Source: an uncultured delta proteobacterium (GTDB lineage: Bacteria > Myxococcota > Myxococcia > Myxococcales > Myxococcaceae). Taken from it: a stretch of 64,000 nucleotides of DNA. A model generated the notes under the pieces. It saw only the letters and a program-made list of their open reading frames with translations, searched no databases and had not been told where the DNA came from. The position numbers and the translations under genes were made by a program. Shown piece after piece: positions 51,264 through 63,130 of this stretch (position 1 is the stretch's first letter; the number at the start of each line of letters is the position of its first letter). The stretch is taken from the NCBI GenBank assembly GCA_963776345.1, contig CAVZMH010000016.1, positions 1-64,000 of the forward strand, in the 5' to 3' direction.

Positions 51264-51668
51264 TCAGTTCGGCTGCTTGGCGCCGTGCGCCGGGCCGGGC
51301 ATGCGGCCGGTGTCCGGCAGCTCGCGCCTGAGCTGCTCCACGAAGCGCTCGATGCGGTCCCGGAGCTCGTCGGTGACGTCCACGAACTCGACCCCCATCC
51401 CGGGCACCTGGTTGGTGGGGTTGTCGAACTCCTGGACCCGCGTCACCCGGCCGCGGAGATCGAAGGGCACCGGCGCGCCGGGCAGCTGGAGGATGATGCG
51501 GACGGTGGTCCCCACCGGGAGCGGGTTGCGCGAGTTGATGAACATCCCGCCCCGGGAGAGGTTGGTGGCCCAGTCGGTGATGAAGCCGTCCACGGTCCGG
51601 TAGGCCACCGGCAGCTCGTGCTCGAGCCGGTCTGCCCTCCGCCCGCTCTTCGGGTTCTCGTTCGACAT
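51264..51668 (-). CDS. PilZ domain protein (myxobacterial TIGR02266-like)
   Basis: RRADR, NLSRGGMFI, PGMGVEF. Confidence 0.9.
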   Translation of the reverse strand: MSNENPKSGRRADRLEHELPVAYRTVDGFITDWATNLSRGGMFINSRNPLPVGTTVRIILQLPGAPVPFDLRGRVTRVQEFDNPTNQVPGMGVEFVDVTDELRDRIERFVEQLRRELPDTGRMPGPAHGAKQPN

Positions 51669-51719
51669 CCTGGACGCACCTTCCGTCCAGGGAAGCGTAC
51701 CAGACGACGACCGTCCCCT

Positions 51720-52376
51720 CTAGACGCGCATCTCGCAGAGGTCGGGGGAGATGCGCAGCCTTGGCTCGGTGAGCTTCTGGACCTGCTCCGGTGTGACCCC
51801 CGGGGCCACCTCCCGGAGCAGGAGTCCGTCGGGAAGCACGTCGATGTAGGCGAGGTCGGTGACGAGGTGATGCACGCACTTCCGCCCGGTGAGGGGGAGC
51901 GAGCAGCGCTCGAGGATCTTGGGCTTGCCGTCCTTGGTGGCGTGCTCCATGGCCACGAAGACCCGCTTGGCGCCCATGGCCAGGTCCATGGCCCCGCCCA
52001 TGCCCTTCACCATCTTCCCGGGGATCATCCAGTTGGCCAGGTCCCCCTGGGCGGAGACCTCCATCGCGCCGAGGACGGCGAAGTCGATGTGGCCGCCGCG
52101 GATCATCCCGAAGGACATGGCGGAGTCGAAGAACGACGCGCCCTTGACCGCGGTGACGGTCTCCTTCCCGGCGTTGATCAGGTCCGGGTCCTCCTGCCCC
52201 TCCAGAGGCCAGGGCCCGATGCCGAGGAGCCCGTTCTCGGAGTGAAGGAGGATGTCCATCCCCTGGGGGATGTAGTTGGCGACCAGCGTGGGCAGACCGA
52301 TGCCCAGGTTGACGTAGTACCCATCGCGCAGCTCGAGGGCGATGCGGTGGGCGACCTGTTCACGGGTGAGAGCCAT
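51720..52376 (-). CDS. scoB: 3-oxoacid CoA-transferase subunit B
   Basis: [24 protein letters not shown]. Confidence 0.92.
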   Translation of the reverse strand: MALTREQVAHRIALELRDGYYVNLGIGLPTLVANYIPQGMDILLHSENGLLGIGPWPLEGQEDPDLINAGKETVTAVKGASFFDSAMSFGMIRGGHIDFAVLGAMEVSAQGDLANWMIPGKMVKGMGGAMDLAMGAKRVFVAMEHATKDGKPKILERCSLPLTGRKCVHHLVTDLAYIDVLPDGLLLREVAPGVTPEQVQKLTEPRLRISPDLCEMRV

Positions 52377-52394
52377 GGTCGATGTCGTCTCCGG

Positions 52395-53093
52395 TCAGGC
52401 GCGCTTGCGCACCGTGCGCTTCTCGATCCACTTCTCGTAGTGGCGGCCCTTCAGCACCCGGTGGACGAAGATGCTGGGGGTGTGGATCTGGTCCGGGTCG
52501 AGCTCGCCCACCTCGACCAGGTGCTCGCACTCGACGATGGTGGTCCTGGCTGCCATGGCCATCAGGGGGGAGAAGTTCCGGGCGGTCTCGTGGAACACGC
52601 AGTTTCCCCACCGGTCGGCCTTCCAGGCGCGAATGATGGCGAAGTCGGCGCGGAGGGGCTTCTCGAAGACGTACTCCTTGCCTTCGATGACCCGCGTCTC
52701 CTTGCCCTCGGCGATCTGGGTGCCCACCCCGGTGGGAGTGAAGAAGCCGCCGATGCCGCAGCCCGCAGCGCGGATCCGCTCGGCGAGCGTGCCCTGGGGG
52801 TTGAGCTCGACGTCGATCTCCCCGCCGAGCAGCTGCCGCTCGAACTCCTTGTTCTCCCCCACGTAGGAGGCGACCATCTTCCGGACCTGGCGGGCCTTGA
52901 GCAGCACCCCGAGCCCGTGGTCGTTGGTGCCGCAGTTGTTGGAGATGAGGGTGAGGTTCTTCACGCCCCTCTTCGCCAGCGCGGCGATGAGGTTCTCGGG
53001 GTTCCCGCACAGGCCGAAACCGCCGGACATCACCGTCGCGCCGTCGGGGATGTCCGCCACCGCGGCGTCGGCACTGGCCACCACCTTGTTCAT
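52395..53093 (-). CDS. scoA: 3-oxoacid CoA-transferase subunit A
   Basis: GGFGLCGNPE, PQGTLAERIRA, ARNFSP. Confidence 0.92.
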   Translation of the reverse strand: MNKVVASADAAVADIPDGATVMSGGFGLCGNPENLIAALAKRGVKNLTLISNNCGTNDHGLGVLLKARQVRKMVASYVGENKEFERQLLGGEIDVELNPQGTLAERIRAAGCGIGGFFTPTGVGTQIAEGKETRVIEGKEYVFEKPLRADFAIIRAWKADRWGNCVFHETARNFSPLMAMAARTTIVECEHLVEVGELDPDQIHTPSIFVHRVLKGRHYEKWIEKRTVRKRA

Positions 53094-53107
53094 GCTGGTC
53101 TCCTGGA

Positions 53108-54286
53108 TCAGCGCTCGACCATCAGCGCGATGCCCTCGCCGCCGCCGATGCAGAGCGAGGCGACGCCGCGCTTCTTCCCGGTGTCCTTCATCGCGTAGAG
53201 GAGCGTGATCAGCACCCGGGCGCCCGAGGCGCCGATGGGGTGGCCGAGGGAGGTCGCGCCGCCGCGGATGTTCACCCTGGACGGGTCCAGCTTGAGGAGC
53301 TGGTTGTTGGCGATGGCGACGACGGCGAAGGCCTCGTTGATCTCCCAGAGGTCGATGTCACCGGCGGTGGTCTTGGTGCGCTCGAACAGCTTCCTGATCG
53401 CGTCGGCCGGGGCGATGGTGAACTCGACCGGCTTCCGGGCGGCGGTGGTGTAGCCGGTGATGCGGCCGAGCACGGTCTTGCCCTCGGCCTTGGCCCGCTC
53501 GGCGGACATCAGGACCACCGCGGCGCCGCCGTCGTTGATCGACGAGGCGTTGGCGGCGGTGACGGTGCCGTCCTTCTTGAAGACCGGCTTGAGGGTGGCG
53601 ATCTTCTCGGGTCTGGCGTTCTTCGGGCCCTCGTCCTCGGCGACCATGACCGGCTCGCCCTTCTTCTGCGGCACGGGAACCGGGACGATCTCCGCCTTGA
53701 ACAGGCCTTCCTTCTGGGAGCGGATGGCGCGGTTGGTGGACTCGAGCGCAAACTCGTCCTGGGTGGCGCGGCTGATCTTGAACTGCTCGGCGCAGGCTTC
53801 CGCGCACATGCCCATGTGCTGGTTGCTGTAGACGTCGGTGAGGCCGTCCCAGACCAGGTGGTCCTTCATCTCGACGGTCCCCATCCGGGCGCCCTGCCGC
53901 ATGTTGAGCGAGAGGTAGGGGGCGTTGCTCATCGACTCAAAGCCGCCCGCCACGATGACCTCGGCCTCGCCGAGCGCGATGGCCTGGGCGCCGGAGATGA
54001 TGGCCTTCAGGCCCGAGCCGCACATCTTGTTGAGGGTGTTGGTGGGGACGGTGTCCGGGAGGCCCGCTCCCAGCGCCGCCTGGCGTCCAGGGGCCTGGCC
54101 CTGGCCGGCCTGGAGGACGTTGCCCATCCAGACCTCCTCGACCTTTCCCGGGTCGACGCCGGCGCGTTCGAGCGCCGCACGGATGGCGATGGCGCCGAGC
54201 TGCGGCGCGGTGAGCGAGGACAGGGTCCCCAGGAAGCTACCGATGGGGGTGCGGGCTGCACCCACGATGACGACGTCACGAGCCAT
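53108..54286 (-). CDS. Acetyl-CoA C-acetyltransferase (thiolase)
   Basis: NKMCGSG, NEAFA, GHPIGASG, CIGGGEG. Confidence 0.95.
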   Translation of the reverse strand: MARDVVIVGAARTPIGSFLGTLSSLTAPQLGAIAIRAALERAGVDPGKVEEVWMGNVLQAGQGQAPGRQAALGAGLPDTVPTNTLNKMCGSGLKAIISGAQAIALGEAEVIVAGGFESMSNAPYLSLNMRQGARMGTVEMKDHLVWDGLTDVYSNQHMGMCAEACAEQFKISRATQDEFALESTNRAIRSQKEGLFKAEIVPVPVPQKKGEPVMVAEDEGPKNARPEKIATLKPVFKKDGTVTAANASSINDGGAAVVLMSAERAKAEGKTVLGRITGYTTAARKPVEFTIAPADAIRKLFERTKTTAGDIDLWEINEAFAVVAIANNQLLKLDPSRVNIRGGATSLGHPIGASGARVLITLLYAMKDTGKKRGVASLCIGGGEGIALMVER

Positions 54287-54400
54287 AGGCTGTCACTCCG
54301 GCTGCGGCCCAGCCCGGGGAACTCCGGTGGACCAGTGCACGGAATTGTCACGCGAGGGGGCCGCGGTCAACCAGATCTCGGGGCGCATTCCGTGCGCGTC

Positions 54401-55057
54401 TCAGGGGCGGGTCGCGAAGTGAATTCCGTCGAAGGTACGCACCCCTGTGCGACCCCCATCGGTGACGACCAGGACGAGCCGGGCGCCCTCCTCGTACAGC
54501 TGAGCATCCTCGGCGAGGATTGCGCCCGGTCTTCCGTCCCTGTCGTCCAGTCCTGACCAGAGCCTCGACCCGTCGGTCACCAGCACCATCCAGCCGCGCC
54601 GGGGCGGGGTGCCGAGCCCGAGGAGCACGATCTCCAATCGACCGTCCTGGGCGAAGGCGTGCCTCACGACGTCCATGCCGAGCTGGGGCGAGCTCCACGT
54701 GCCCACGACGCAGCGCCCCGAGTCCGCGACCCGGAGCAACCACAGCGTGCGGCCGCCCGGCGCGGCGGGAGCTACCCAGTCGAGGCGGACCCCGGCGACC
54801 GAGGAGCTCCAGACCAGGCGGGCCGCACCGACGCCGAGGTCCGTGGGCTGCTGGAGCGCCTTCCCGCGTCCCGGCTCGATGGGGTCTCCGACGGCGGTTC
54901 CGCCGACGGCGGTGAGGTCCGAGCAATCCACGGGTCGCCGGCTGGCGGAGGGGTCGCGCGAAGGCCACCACGCCTCGGGCCGCAGGGGCTGAGGCCCCGA
55001 GGTGCACCCGAGGAACACCACCGTCGAGAGCACCGCCGAGGCGTGGAGCAGCCGCAT
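54401..55057 (-). CDS. Hypothetical lipoprotein
   Basis: Lipobox FLGC after a hydrophobic stretch. Confidence 0.55.
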   Translation of the reverse strand: MRLLHASAVLSTVVFLGCTSGPQPLRPEAWWPSRDPSASRRPVDCSDLTAVGGTAVGDPIEPGRGKALQQPTDLGVGAARLVWSSSVAGVRLDWVAPAAPGGRTLWLLRVADSGRCVVGTWSSPQLGMDVVRHAFAQDGRLEIVLLGLGTPPRRGWMVLVTDGSRLWSGLDDRDGRPGAILAEDAQLYEEGARLVLVVTDGGRTGVRTFDGIHFATRP

Positions 55058-55149
55058 GGGAGACCCGGGAGGCTATCCCGCACCGCGGAGGCCGGGCGCC
55101 GATCGAGCAGACCCCACGACACCCGACGGTGGGAGCCGGGGCCATGCCC

Positions 55150-55277
55150 CCAGCGCTCGAGATGCTTTAGCATCCAAGCACGCTCTCCGAGTGAACCCTG
55201 CACGAGTCATCAATAGGTTGTAAAGCTCCGACTCACACTCCCAGTCATCGAGGGTGCTATAGCATCTCGAGCGCTGG
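55150..55277. repeat. Long inverted repeat (26-bp arms) enclosing an AT-richer core; possible structured RNA or paired operators
   Basis: ccagcgctcgagatgct (55150-55166) is the perfect reverse complement of 55261-55277; pairing extends to 55175/55252. Confidence 0.7.
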
Positions 55278-55512
55278 AGCCTCGCCCCCCGGGGGCCGCG
55301 CCCGCCCCTGGCCTGCGGCCCAGAGCGTTCCGGGACCGCGCAGGCCGAGCGGGAAGCCCCTCCGCCCGGGACTCGGTCCCCTTCCGCGTTCCATCCAGGC
55401 AAGTTCCGTGGGCCCGGCCTTCCTGCCCGGGCCCGAACGAGCCGACGTGCTCGAACGAGCCGACCTGCCCGAGCCCTCCGCCACCCGCTCGGGGACCCTC
55501 CCCGATCCCGCC

Positions 55513-55551
55513 AAAAGAAGAGGGCCGGGCTCTCGAACGAGAACCCGGCCC
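55513..55551 (-). terminator. Rho-independent terminator of rpsA
   Basis: Minus strand GGGCCGGGTTCTCG-TT-CGAGAGCCCGGCCC followed by TCTTCTTTT. Confidence 0.8.
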
Positions 55552-55576
55552 GCGTCCCTCGAGGCGGCTCAGCCTT

Positions 55577-57295
<1,719 letters not shown>

Positions 57296-57460
57296 AGAGT
57301 TGGAAAGTCCTATCGTCACTTCGACTGCAAACCCCAGGGTGGAGGATGCCCGGCCCCCGGAATCGGAGTCGGACGGCGGACCAGACCCTCATGTGGGGTG
57401 TGACACGGGGGCGCCGCTGCTCGGGGAGCCAGCCAACCTAAGCCGGCGCGAGGCGCGCGC

Positions 57461-57490
57461 AACCTACGGGCATGTCGGACGGGAGGTCAA
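57461..57490 (-). promoter_or_regulatory. Putative sigma70 promoter of rpsA
   Basis: Minus strand TTGACC-N18-TAGGTT about 165 nt upstream of the start. Confidence 0.45.
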
Positions 57491-57535
57491 GTACGCCCGG
57501 CGGGCCCCTTGCCCTCGGAAAAGGACGCTCCGGGG

Positions 57536-58246
57536 ATGACCGCGCGGCTCGACGTGGTGGCCTATCTCCACGAGCCCCACGAGGGGCTCGCGCGGCTCCG
57601 GACGCCCCTGGAGCGGGCGGGATTCCGGCCCGTGGAGCGCTTCCGGGCGCCGGATCCGGAGGCGGACGTCGGCGCGCCGCTCCTGGTGGTGCTCGGCGGC
57701 CCGATGGGGGTCTACGAGGCGGACCGGTTCCCGTTTCTCGCGGTCGAGCAAGAGGTGCTCCGGGCCCGGCTGGCGCTGAACCGGCCCTCCATCGGCCTCT
57801 GTCTGGGGGCTCAGCTCCTGGCCGCGGCCGCCGGGGCCACCGTCCGGCGGGGCGGCCGGGGGAAGGTCATCGGGGTCGGGCCGGTCGAGTGCGTGCCCTC
57901 GGCGGAGGACCCGCTGCTGCGCGGGCTGCCCGCGACCTTCGACGTGGTGCACTGGCACGGCGACACCTTCGAGCCGGTGCCGGGCGTGGCGCTCTTCCGT
58001 GGGGAGACGTACCCCGCGCAAGGGTTCCGGCTCGGGCGCTCGGTGGGGCTCCAGTTCCATGTGGAGCTCGGCCCGGAGGGGTTCCGGGAGTGGATCGAGG
58101 GCTCGGCGGAGGCGCTCCGGAGGAGTGGACGGGATCCGGCCGCCCTGCTCGCCTCCGGGCTCCCCCGGCTCACGGCGGCGCTCCCCGTCCTGGACCGCCT
58201 GCTGGAGGCCCTGGCCCGGGACGCTCGCGCGGCCGTGGAGGGGTGA
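57536..58246 (+). CDS. Type 1 glutamine amidotransferase (GMP synthase-like, stand-alone)
   Basis: GGPMGVYE, GLCLGAQL, WHGDTF, LQFHVE. Confidence 0.9.
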   Translation: MTARLDVVAYLHEPHEGLARLRTPLERAGFRPVERFRAPDPEADVGAPLLVVLGGPMGVYEADRFPFLAVEQEVLRARLALNRPSIGLCLGAQLLAAAAGATVRRGGRGKVIGVGPVECVPSAEDPLLRGLPATFDVVHWHGDTFEPVPGVALFRGETYPAQGFRLGRSVGLQFHVELGPEGFREWIEGSAEALRRSGRDPAALLASGLPRLTAALPVLDRLLEALARDARAAVEG

Positions 58247-58277
58247 AATGGGGGACCTCCGCGCGCGTAGGAGGAGC

Positions 58278-58955
58278 ATGCGACTCGTCCCTGTCGTCCT
58301 CGTGGCCTGCACGGTCGCCCTGCCCGCGCTCGCCGGCGAGCCGCGGAGCGTCTCGGGATTCACCCGCATCGACCTGGCCGGGCCGGTGGACGTCGAGGTC
58401 CGCCCCGGCAAGTTCGGCGCGATCCTGGAGATGGACTCCGAGGTGGCCCGTCACCTGCGCACCGACGTGCAGGGGGACACGCTCCGCATCTCGCTCGAGG
58501 GTTGGAACGGCAACTTCCACGGCAAGCAGCGCATCAAGGTGACGATGCCCGAGCTCCGCGGGCTGCAGATCGAGGGAAGCGGCGACGCCGACATCGCCGG
58601 GTTCAAGGACCAGGAGAAGGTCGAGCTGCGCATCACCGGCTCGGGCGACGTGAAGTTCGCCGGCACCGCCGGGGGCGTGGCGGTGACCATCGAGGGCTCG
58701 GGCGACGTGGTGCTCGCCGAGGGGCAGGCCGGCTCGCTCCAGGCGCGGATCCAGGGCTCGGGCAACCTCAAGTCGCACGACTTCAAGGCGAAGAACGTCT
58801 CGGTGGCCATCGAGGGCTCGGGCGACGCGGACATCCGGGTGGCCGGAGGCGCCCTGAGCCTGTCGGTCAACGGCTCGGGCGACATCCGCTGGACCGGCGA
58901 GGCCAGCGCGGTGAGCGCCGCCACGCACGGCAGCGGCAGCATCGCCAAGCGCTAG
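58278..58955 (+). CDS. DUF2807 (GIN/adhesin head) beta-helix protein
   Basis: Repeated I.GSGD units; signal peptide; GGAGGAG RBS. Confidence 0.85.
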   Translation: MRLVPVVLVACTVALPALAGEPRSVSGFTRIDLAGPVDVEVRPGKFGAILEMDSEVARHLRTDVQGDTLRISLEGWNGNFHGKQRIKVTMPELRGLQIEGSGDADIAGFKDQEKVELRITGSGDVKFAGTAGGVAVTIEGSGDVVLAEGQAGSLQARIQGSGNLKSHDFKAKNVSVAIEGSGDADIRVAGGALSLSVNGSGDIRWTGEASAVSAATHGSGSIAKR

Positions 58956-59452
58956 GAGCGCTCGAGCGGCTTCTCCAGCTCGAAGAGCGGGACGCCGTGT
59001 AGGTCTCGCTCGGCGCCCTGGTGAATGGTGTACCCCGCGCGGGAGTAGAGGGCGATCGCCGAGCTCAGGAAGGGCGTGGTCCGGAGGAAGACCCGCCCGT
59101 GGCCCCGCTCCCGTCCGAACCGCTCCGCCGCGGCGAGGAGCGCCTTGGCCACCCCGTGACCACGGGCGGAGGGGTGGACGGCCATGCTCCGGACGTGCAG
59201 CCCCTCGGTCTTGCAGCACGCGGACACCGTCCCCACCGCCTCGTCCTCGAGGAAGGCCAGCCAGACGGCCCCCTCGTCCATCCGGCGCCGGAGCGCCTCC
59301 GCATCCGGCAGGGTGTCGGCGAGCGCCTCGGGGGTATAGAGCGCCGCCACCTCGGCGAAGGCCACCCGCAGCAGCATCGCCACCGAGGCGGCCTCGGTCG
59401 GTCTCGCCCTCCGGACGGACAGGCGAGGCTCGGCGAACGTGTGGAGCTCCAT
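58952..59452 (-). CDS. GNAT family N-acetyltransferase
   Basis: MAVHPSARGHGVAKALL, AIALYSRAGY; start uncertain. Confidence 0.85.
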   Translation of the reverse strand: MELHTFAEPRLSVRRARPTEAASVAMLLRVAFAEVAALYTPEALADTLPDAEALRRRMDEGAVWLAFLEDEAVGTVSACCKTEGLHVRSMAVHPSARGHGVAKALLAAAERFGRERGHGRVFLRTTPFLSSAIALYSRAGYTIHQGAERDLHGVPLFELEKPLERS

Positions 59453-59574
59453 CACGGGCGGGATTCCAGCCGAACGAGAACCGCCGCACACGGCACAGCA
59501 GCGACGCTCCGGCGGAGGAACAGCCCCGGATTTCACCGTGCGGCCGGTGTGCGACCGGGACTAGGTTCCACGGC

Positions 59575-60457
59575 ATGGAATGGCAAGGCGGCCGGCGCAG
59601 CGAGAACGTCGAGGACGCCCCGCGCGCCGGCGGACTTGGCCGGCCCCTGGCGTTCGGGGGCGGCGCGGTCGGCATCATCGGGGCGATCCTCTTCTACCTG
59701 CTCACCGGTCAGGTGCCGGACGTGCAGCAGCTTCCGGCGCCGAGCCAGGTCTCGCCACAGGCGCAGCGCCCGCCCACCGCGGCCGAGCAGCAGCAGCGCG
59801 AGTTCGTCAGCGTGGTGCTGGCCAGCACCGAGGACACGTGGAGCGCGGTGCTGCCGCAGCAGGCCAGGCTGCAGTACGCCCCGCCCCGGCTGACGTTGTT
59901 CCAGGAGGCCGTCGAGTCCGCCTGCGGCTTCGCCCAGGCCGCGATGGGGCCGTTCTACTGTCCGCCCGACCAGCGCGTGTACCTGGACCTCGGCTTCTTC
60001 GACCAGCTGAGCCGGATGGGCGCGCCCGGCGAGTTCGCCCGCGCGTACGTCGTCGCCCACGAGGTGGGGCACCACGTGCAGAACCTGCTCGGCATCGAGG
60101 GGCGGGTCGTGGCGATGCGTCGCGCGGTCAGGAGCCGCGAGGACAGCAACGCGCTGAGCGTCCTCACCGAGCTCCAGGCGGACTGCTACGCCGGGGTATG
60201 GGCGCACCACGCCAACGCCCACTACCAGTCGAGCGGGAAGGAGCAGCTCATCCAGCCGAGCGACATCGAGTCCGGGCTCGCGGCGGCGGCCTCGGTGGGC
60301 GACGACCGGCTGCAGCGGCAGTCGCGCGGCTACGTCAGCCCGGAGAGCTTCACCCACGGCTCGTCGGCGCAGCGGGTGCGAGTGGTTCAAGACCGGGATG
60401 CAGACCGGCGAGCTGCGCGCGTGCGACACGTTCGGGAAGACCGGCGTCCGGCTCTAG
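59575..60457 (+). CDS. Neutral zinc metallopeptidase (YpfJ/KPN_02809-like), frameshift near 60381
   Basis: W.G.RRSENVED, SACG, GPFYCP.D, AHEVGHH, ELQADC, FTHGSS.QR; continues WFKTG..CDTF in the +1 frame to TAG 60457. Confidence 0.88.
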
Positions 60458-60607
60458 CCCGAGTCGCGGCTGACCCGCCTCGTCTGGCTTCAGCGCGCTG
60501 GCGCCAGAATCACTTTTTATTGTTTGGTCTGCGGCCCCTCTCTGGATGCAGATGCCACTGCGCAGCGTTTGCAGCGCGTTGGCCTGTTCAGGACATCCGG
60601 AGGGGAC

Positions 60608-60985
60608 ATGAACCACACGACGTGCAGAAGGGCCCGGGGCGCGCGCCTCGGAGCGGGAGTGATCGCAGCGATTCTCCTCGCTGGACCGGCCGTCCTGGCC
60701 GATCCGCCGGCCCGGAAGTCGAGCCGGATCGTGGGCGGGGCCGAGGCGCGGCAGATCATGGCCCGCCACGGAGCCGGTGCGTTCCGGGCAGAGGCCGCCA
60801 CCAGCCGCTCCACCGCCGGGCTCGTGCGGCAACAGAGCGCGGGTAAGACCGTCAGCGTGGACCTCCAGGGGCGCTTCCAGCACGTCCACTACGCCGTGCC
60901 GGACGGGAGCGGTGGGTGGGTGACTGGCTGCACCGATGACGCCGCCGTTCTCCAGCAGGCCTCCACCTCGACGGGGGCGCAGTGA
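60608..60985 (+). CDS. Small secreted protein (VDLQGRF motif)
   Basis: Signal peptide, RBS GGAGGGG, GTGA overlap with the protease gene. Confidence 0.7.
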   Translation: MNHTTCRRARGARLGAGVIAAILLAGPAVLADPPARKSSRIVGGAEARQIMARHGAGAFRAEAATSRSTAGLVRQQSAGKTVSVDLQGRFQHVHYAVPDGSGGWVTGCTDDAAVLQQASTSTGAQ

Positions 60986-62652
60986 CCATGGCCCGCCATC
61001 TCCCCGCCGCGTTCCTCTCCGCCCTGCTGATCACCGGATCGGCCCTTGCCCAGGGGCAGATCATCATCATCAACGGAGACCCCTCCGGACAGGGCTTCAA
61101 CGACCCCACGCCGGCCGCTCCGGTCGGGGGAAACCCCGGGACCACGCTCGGCGCGCAGCGGCTGAACGTGTTCGAGGCCGCGGCCTCGATCTGGGAGCAG
61201 ACCCTCAAGCCGAAGGTGGACATCCGGGTGCTCGCCACCTTCGAGCCGCTGGGGCCGAACGTGCTCGGCTCCGCGGGAGCGACGTTCATCCACTCCGACT
61301 TCCCCGGCGCCGAGTTCCCTGGGATGTGGTACCCCGCGGCGCTCGCCAACCACCTCTCCGGCGAGGACCTCGCGGTGCTGGAGACCGGCGATCCGACCGT
61401 GCCCCACATCCGGGCTCGGTTCAGCAGCCAGTTCGCCTTCTACTTCGGCCTGGACAACAACGAGCCGCCGGGAACGGTGGACCTCCTTCCGGTGCTGCTC
61501 CACGAGCTCGGCCACGGGCTCGGCTTCGCCAACTTCGCCAACGAGTCCACCGGCACACTCTTCCTCGGGATCCCGGACGTCTATTCCCAGTACACGCTGG
61601 ACGTGAGCACCAGCAAGATCTGGAACGAGATGACCGACGCTGAGCGCGCAACCTCGGCGGTCAACTTCGGGAAGGTGAGCTGGAGCGGCATCAACGTCGC
61701 CAGGGACGTGCCCTCGGTCCTGAAGCCGGGCGTGCCCACCTTGACCATCTCCTCCCCCGCCGGTCTGGGGCCCTACGAGGTCGGCTCCGCCTCCTTCGGG
61801 CCGGCGGTCACCGCCGCCGGGGTGACCGGACAGATCGTCGTCGGGCTCGACCCCACCGACGCCGCGAGCGGCGCGAGCCCCACCGACGGCTGCGGTCCGC
61901 TCACCAACGCCGCGCAGGTGGCGGGGAACATCGCCCTCCTCGACCGCGGCACCTGCGCCTTCACGGTGAAGGTCAAGAACGCCCAGAACGCCGGGGCCAT
62001 CGCGGTGGTGATCGCCGACAACGTGCTGGCCGAGCCGCCGCCAGGGCTCGGCGGGGCCGACCCCACCATCACCATCCCCTCGGGACGCATCACCTTGCCC
62101 GCGGGGAACGCGATCAAGACCGCCGCCGGGCCAGTCACCGGGACCCTGCAGCTCGACACGTCGATCCTCGCCGGCGTCGACCGGGTGCTCGGCCTGATGA
62201 GGCTCGCGGCGCTGAACCCGGTCTCGCCCGGCTCGTCCATCTCCCACTACGACGCGGTGGCCTTCCCGAACCAGCTGATGGAGCCGGCGATCAACGTCGA
62301 CCTGACCAGCTCGGTGACTCCACCGGCCGACCTGACCACCTCGCTGTTCACCGACATCGGGTGGTTCTCCGACGGCGACGGGGTCCCGGACGGGACCGAC
62401 GCCTGCCTCGGGTCCATCCTCACCCCGACGGTGCAGATCGGCCGCTGCATCTCCAAGGCCGGCAACGACGTGCTGGCCAACGGGTGCAGCGTCTCCGACC
62501 TCGTGCACCAGTGCGGCGACCCGCACCGGACCCCGATCCGCTACCTCCTCTGCGTGGGGAAGGTGGGGCGGGCGATGGTGCAGGCCAAGGTGCTCACCCC
62601 CAAGGAGGACCTGAGCCTCCAGCTCTGCGCGCTCAAGAGCCTGTTCCAGTGA
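60982..62652 (+). CDS. Secreted zinc metalloprotease with PA domain
   Basis: HELGHGLGF, PA domain (IALLDRGTCAFTVKVKNAQNAGA), SISHYD, LMEP Met-turn. Confidence 0.85.
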   Translation: MTMARHLPAAFLSALLITGSALAQGQIIIINGDPSGQGFNDPTPAAPVGGNPGTTLGAQRLNVFEAAASIWEQTLKPKVDIRVLATFEPLGPNVLGSAGATFIHSDFPGAEFPGMWYPAALANHLSGEDLAVLETGDPTVPHIRARFSSQFAFYFGLDNNEPPGTVDLLPVLLHELGHGLGFANFANESTGTLFLGIPDVYSQYTLDVSTSKIWNEMTDAERATSAVNFGKVSWSGINVARDVPSVLKPGVPTLTISSPAGLGPYEVGSASFGPAVTAAGVTGQIVVGLDPTDAASGASPTDGCGPLTNAAQVAGNIALLDRGTCAFTVKVKNAQNAGAIAVVIADNVLAEPPPGLGGADPTITIPSGRITLPAGNAIKTAAGPVTGTLQLDTSILAGVDRVLGLMRLAALNPVSPGSSISHYDAVAFPNQLMEPAINVDLTSSVTPPADLTTSLFTDIGWFSDGDGVPDGTDACLGSILTPTVQIGRCISKAGNDVLANGCSVSDLVHQCGDPHRTPIRYLLCVGKVGRAMVQAKVLTPKEDLSLQLCALKSLFQ

Positions 62653-62695
62653 GGTAAGAGGCGGGGGCGGTCCCGGAGCGCACCCCGGGACCGCC

Positions 62696-63121
62696 TCAGC
62701 GCGGAGGCCGGACGCGGGCGGGGCTCCAGAGGCGGGCGCGGCGCTCGAGCCGCCCCTCGCGCGTCTCCTGGCCGTAGTCCATCGGTGTCGGTGACTGGGT
62801 GAACTCGGCGGCGGCGTCGAGGGCGCGGATGTTGACCACCGCCCTGCCCTGCCCGGCGACCTCGACGTACCCCCCCACGTAGACGCCGCACCGCGGGCAG
62901 ACCCAGAAGTCGGTCATGCCCAGCCCGAACCGGTACCACCCGCCCGGCGGAACCTCGGCCACCGTCAGCACCACCTCGCCCTCCGGATCCGACGTGGTGA
63001 GCCCGCCGTGCCGGCGGCAGAACGTGCACTGGCAGGCGCGCAGCGGCAGCTCGGCCGGGGCGTGCGCCGTGGTGAAGGAGACGCGCAGCCGGCCGCAGTG
63101 ACAGCCACCCTCGAGGGTCAT
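62696..63121 (-). CDS. GFA (Mss4-like) family protein
   Basis: GGCHCG, CQCTFC, CPRCG, VNIRAL. Confidence 0.9.
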   Translation of the reverse strand: MTLEGGCHCGRLRVSFTTAHAPAELPLRACQCTFCRRHGGLTTSDPEGEVVLTVAEVPPGGWYRFGLGMTDFWVCPRCGVYVGGYVEVAGQGRAVVNIRALDAAAEFTQSPTPMDYGQETREGRLERRARLWSPARVRPPR

Positions 63122-63130
63122 CGACTCCTC

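Noticed and set aside
55150..55277. Retron msr-msd, 6S RNA, integron attC or tRNA
   Set aside because: No reverse transcriptase or integrase nearby, no attC core sites, no cloverleaf, shorter than typical 6S and not in its usual gene context; left unassigned
55434..55464. 13-bp direct repeat CGAACGAGCCGAC
   Set aside because: Short, two copies only, no supportable function
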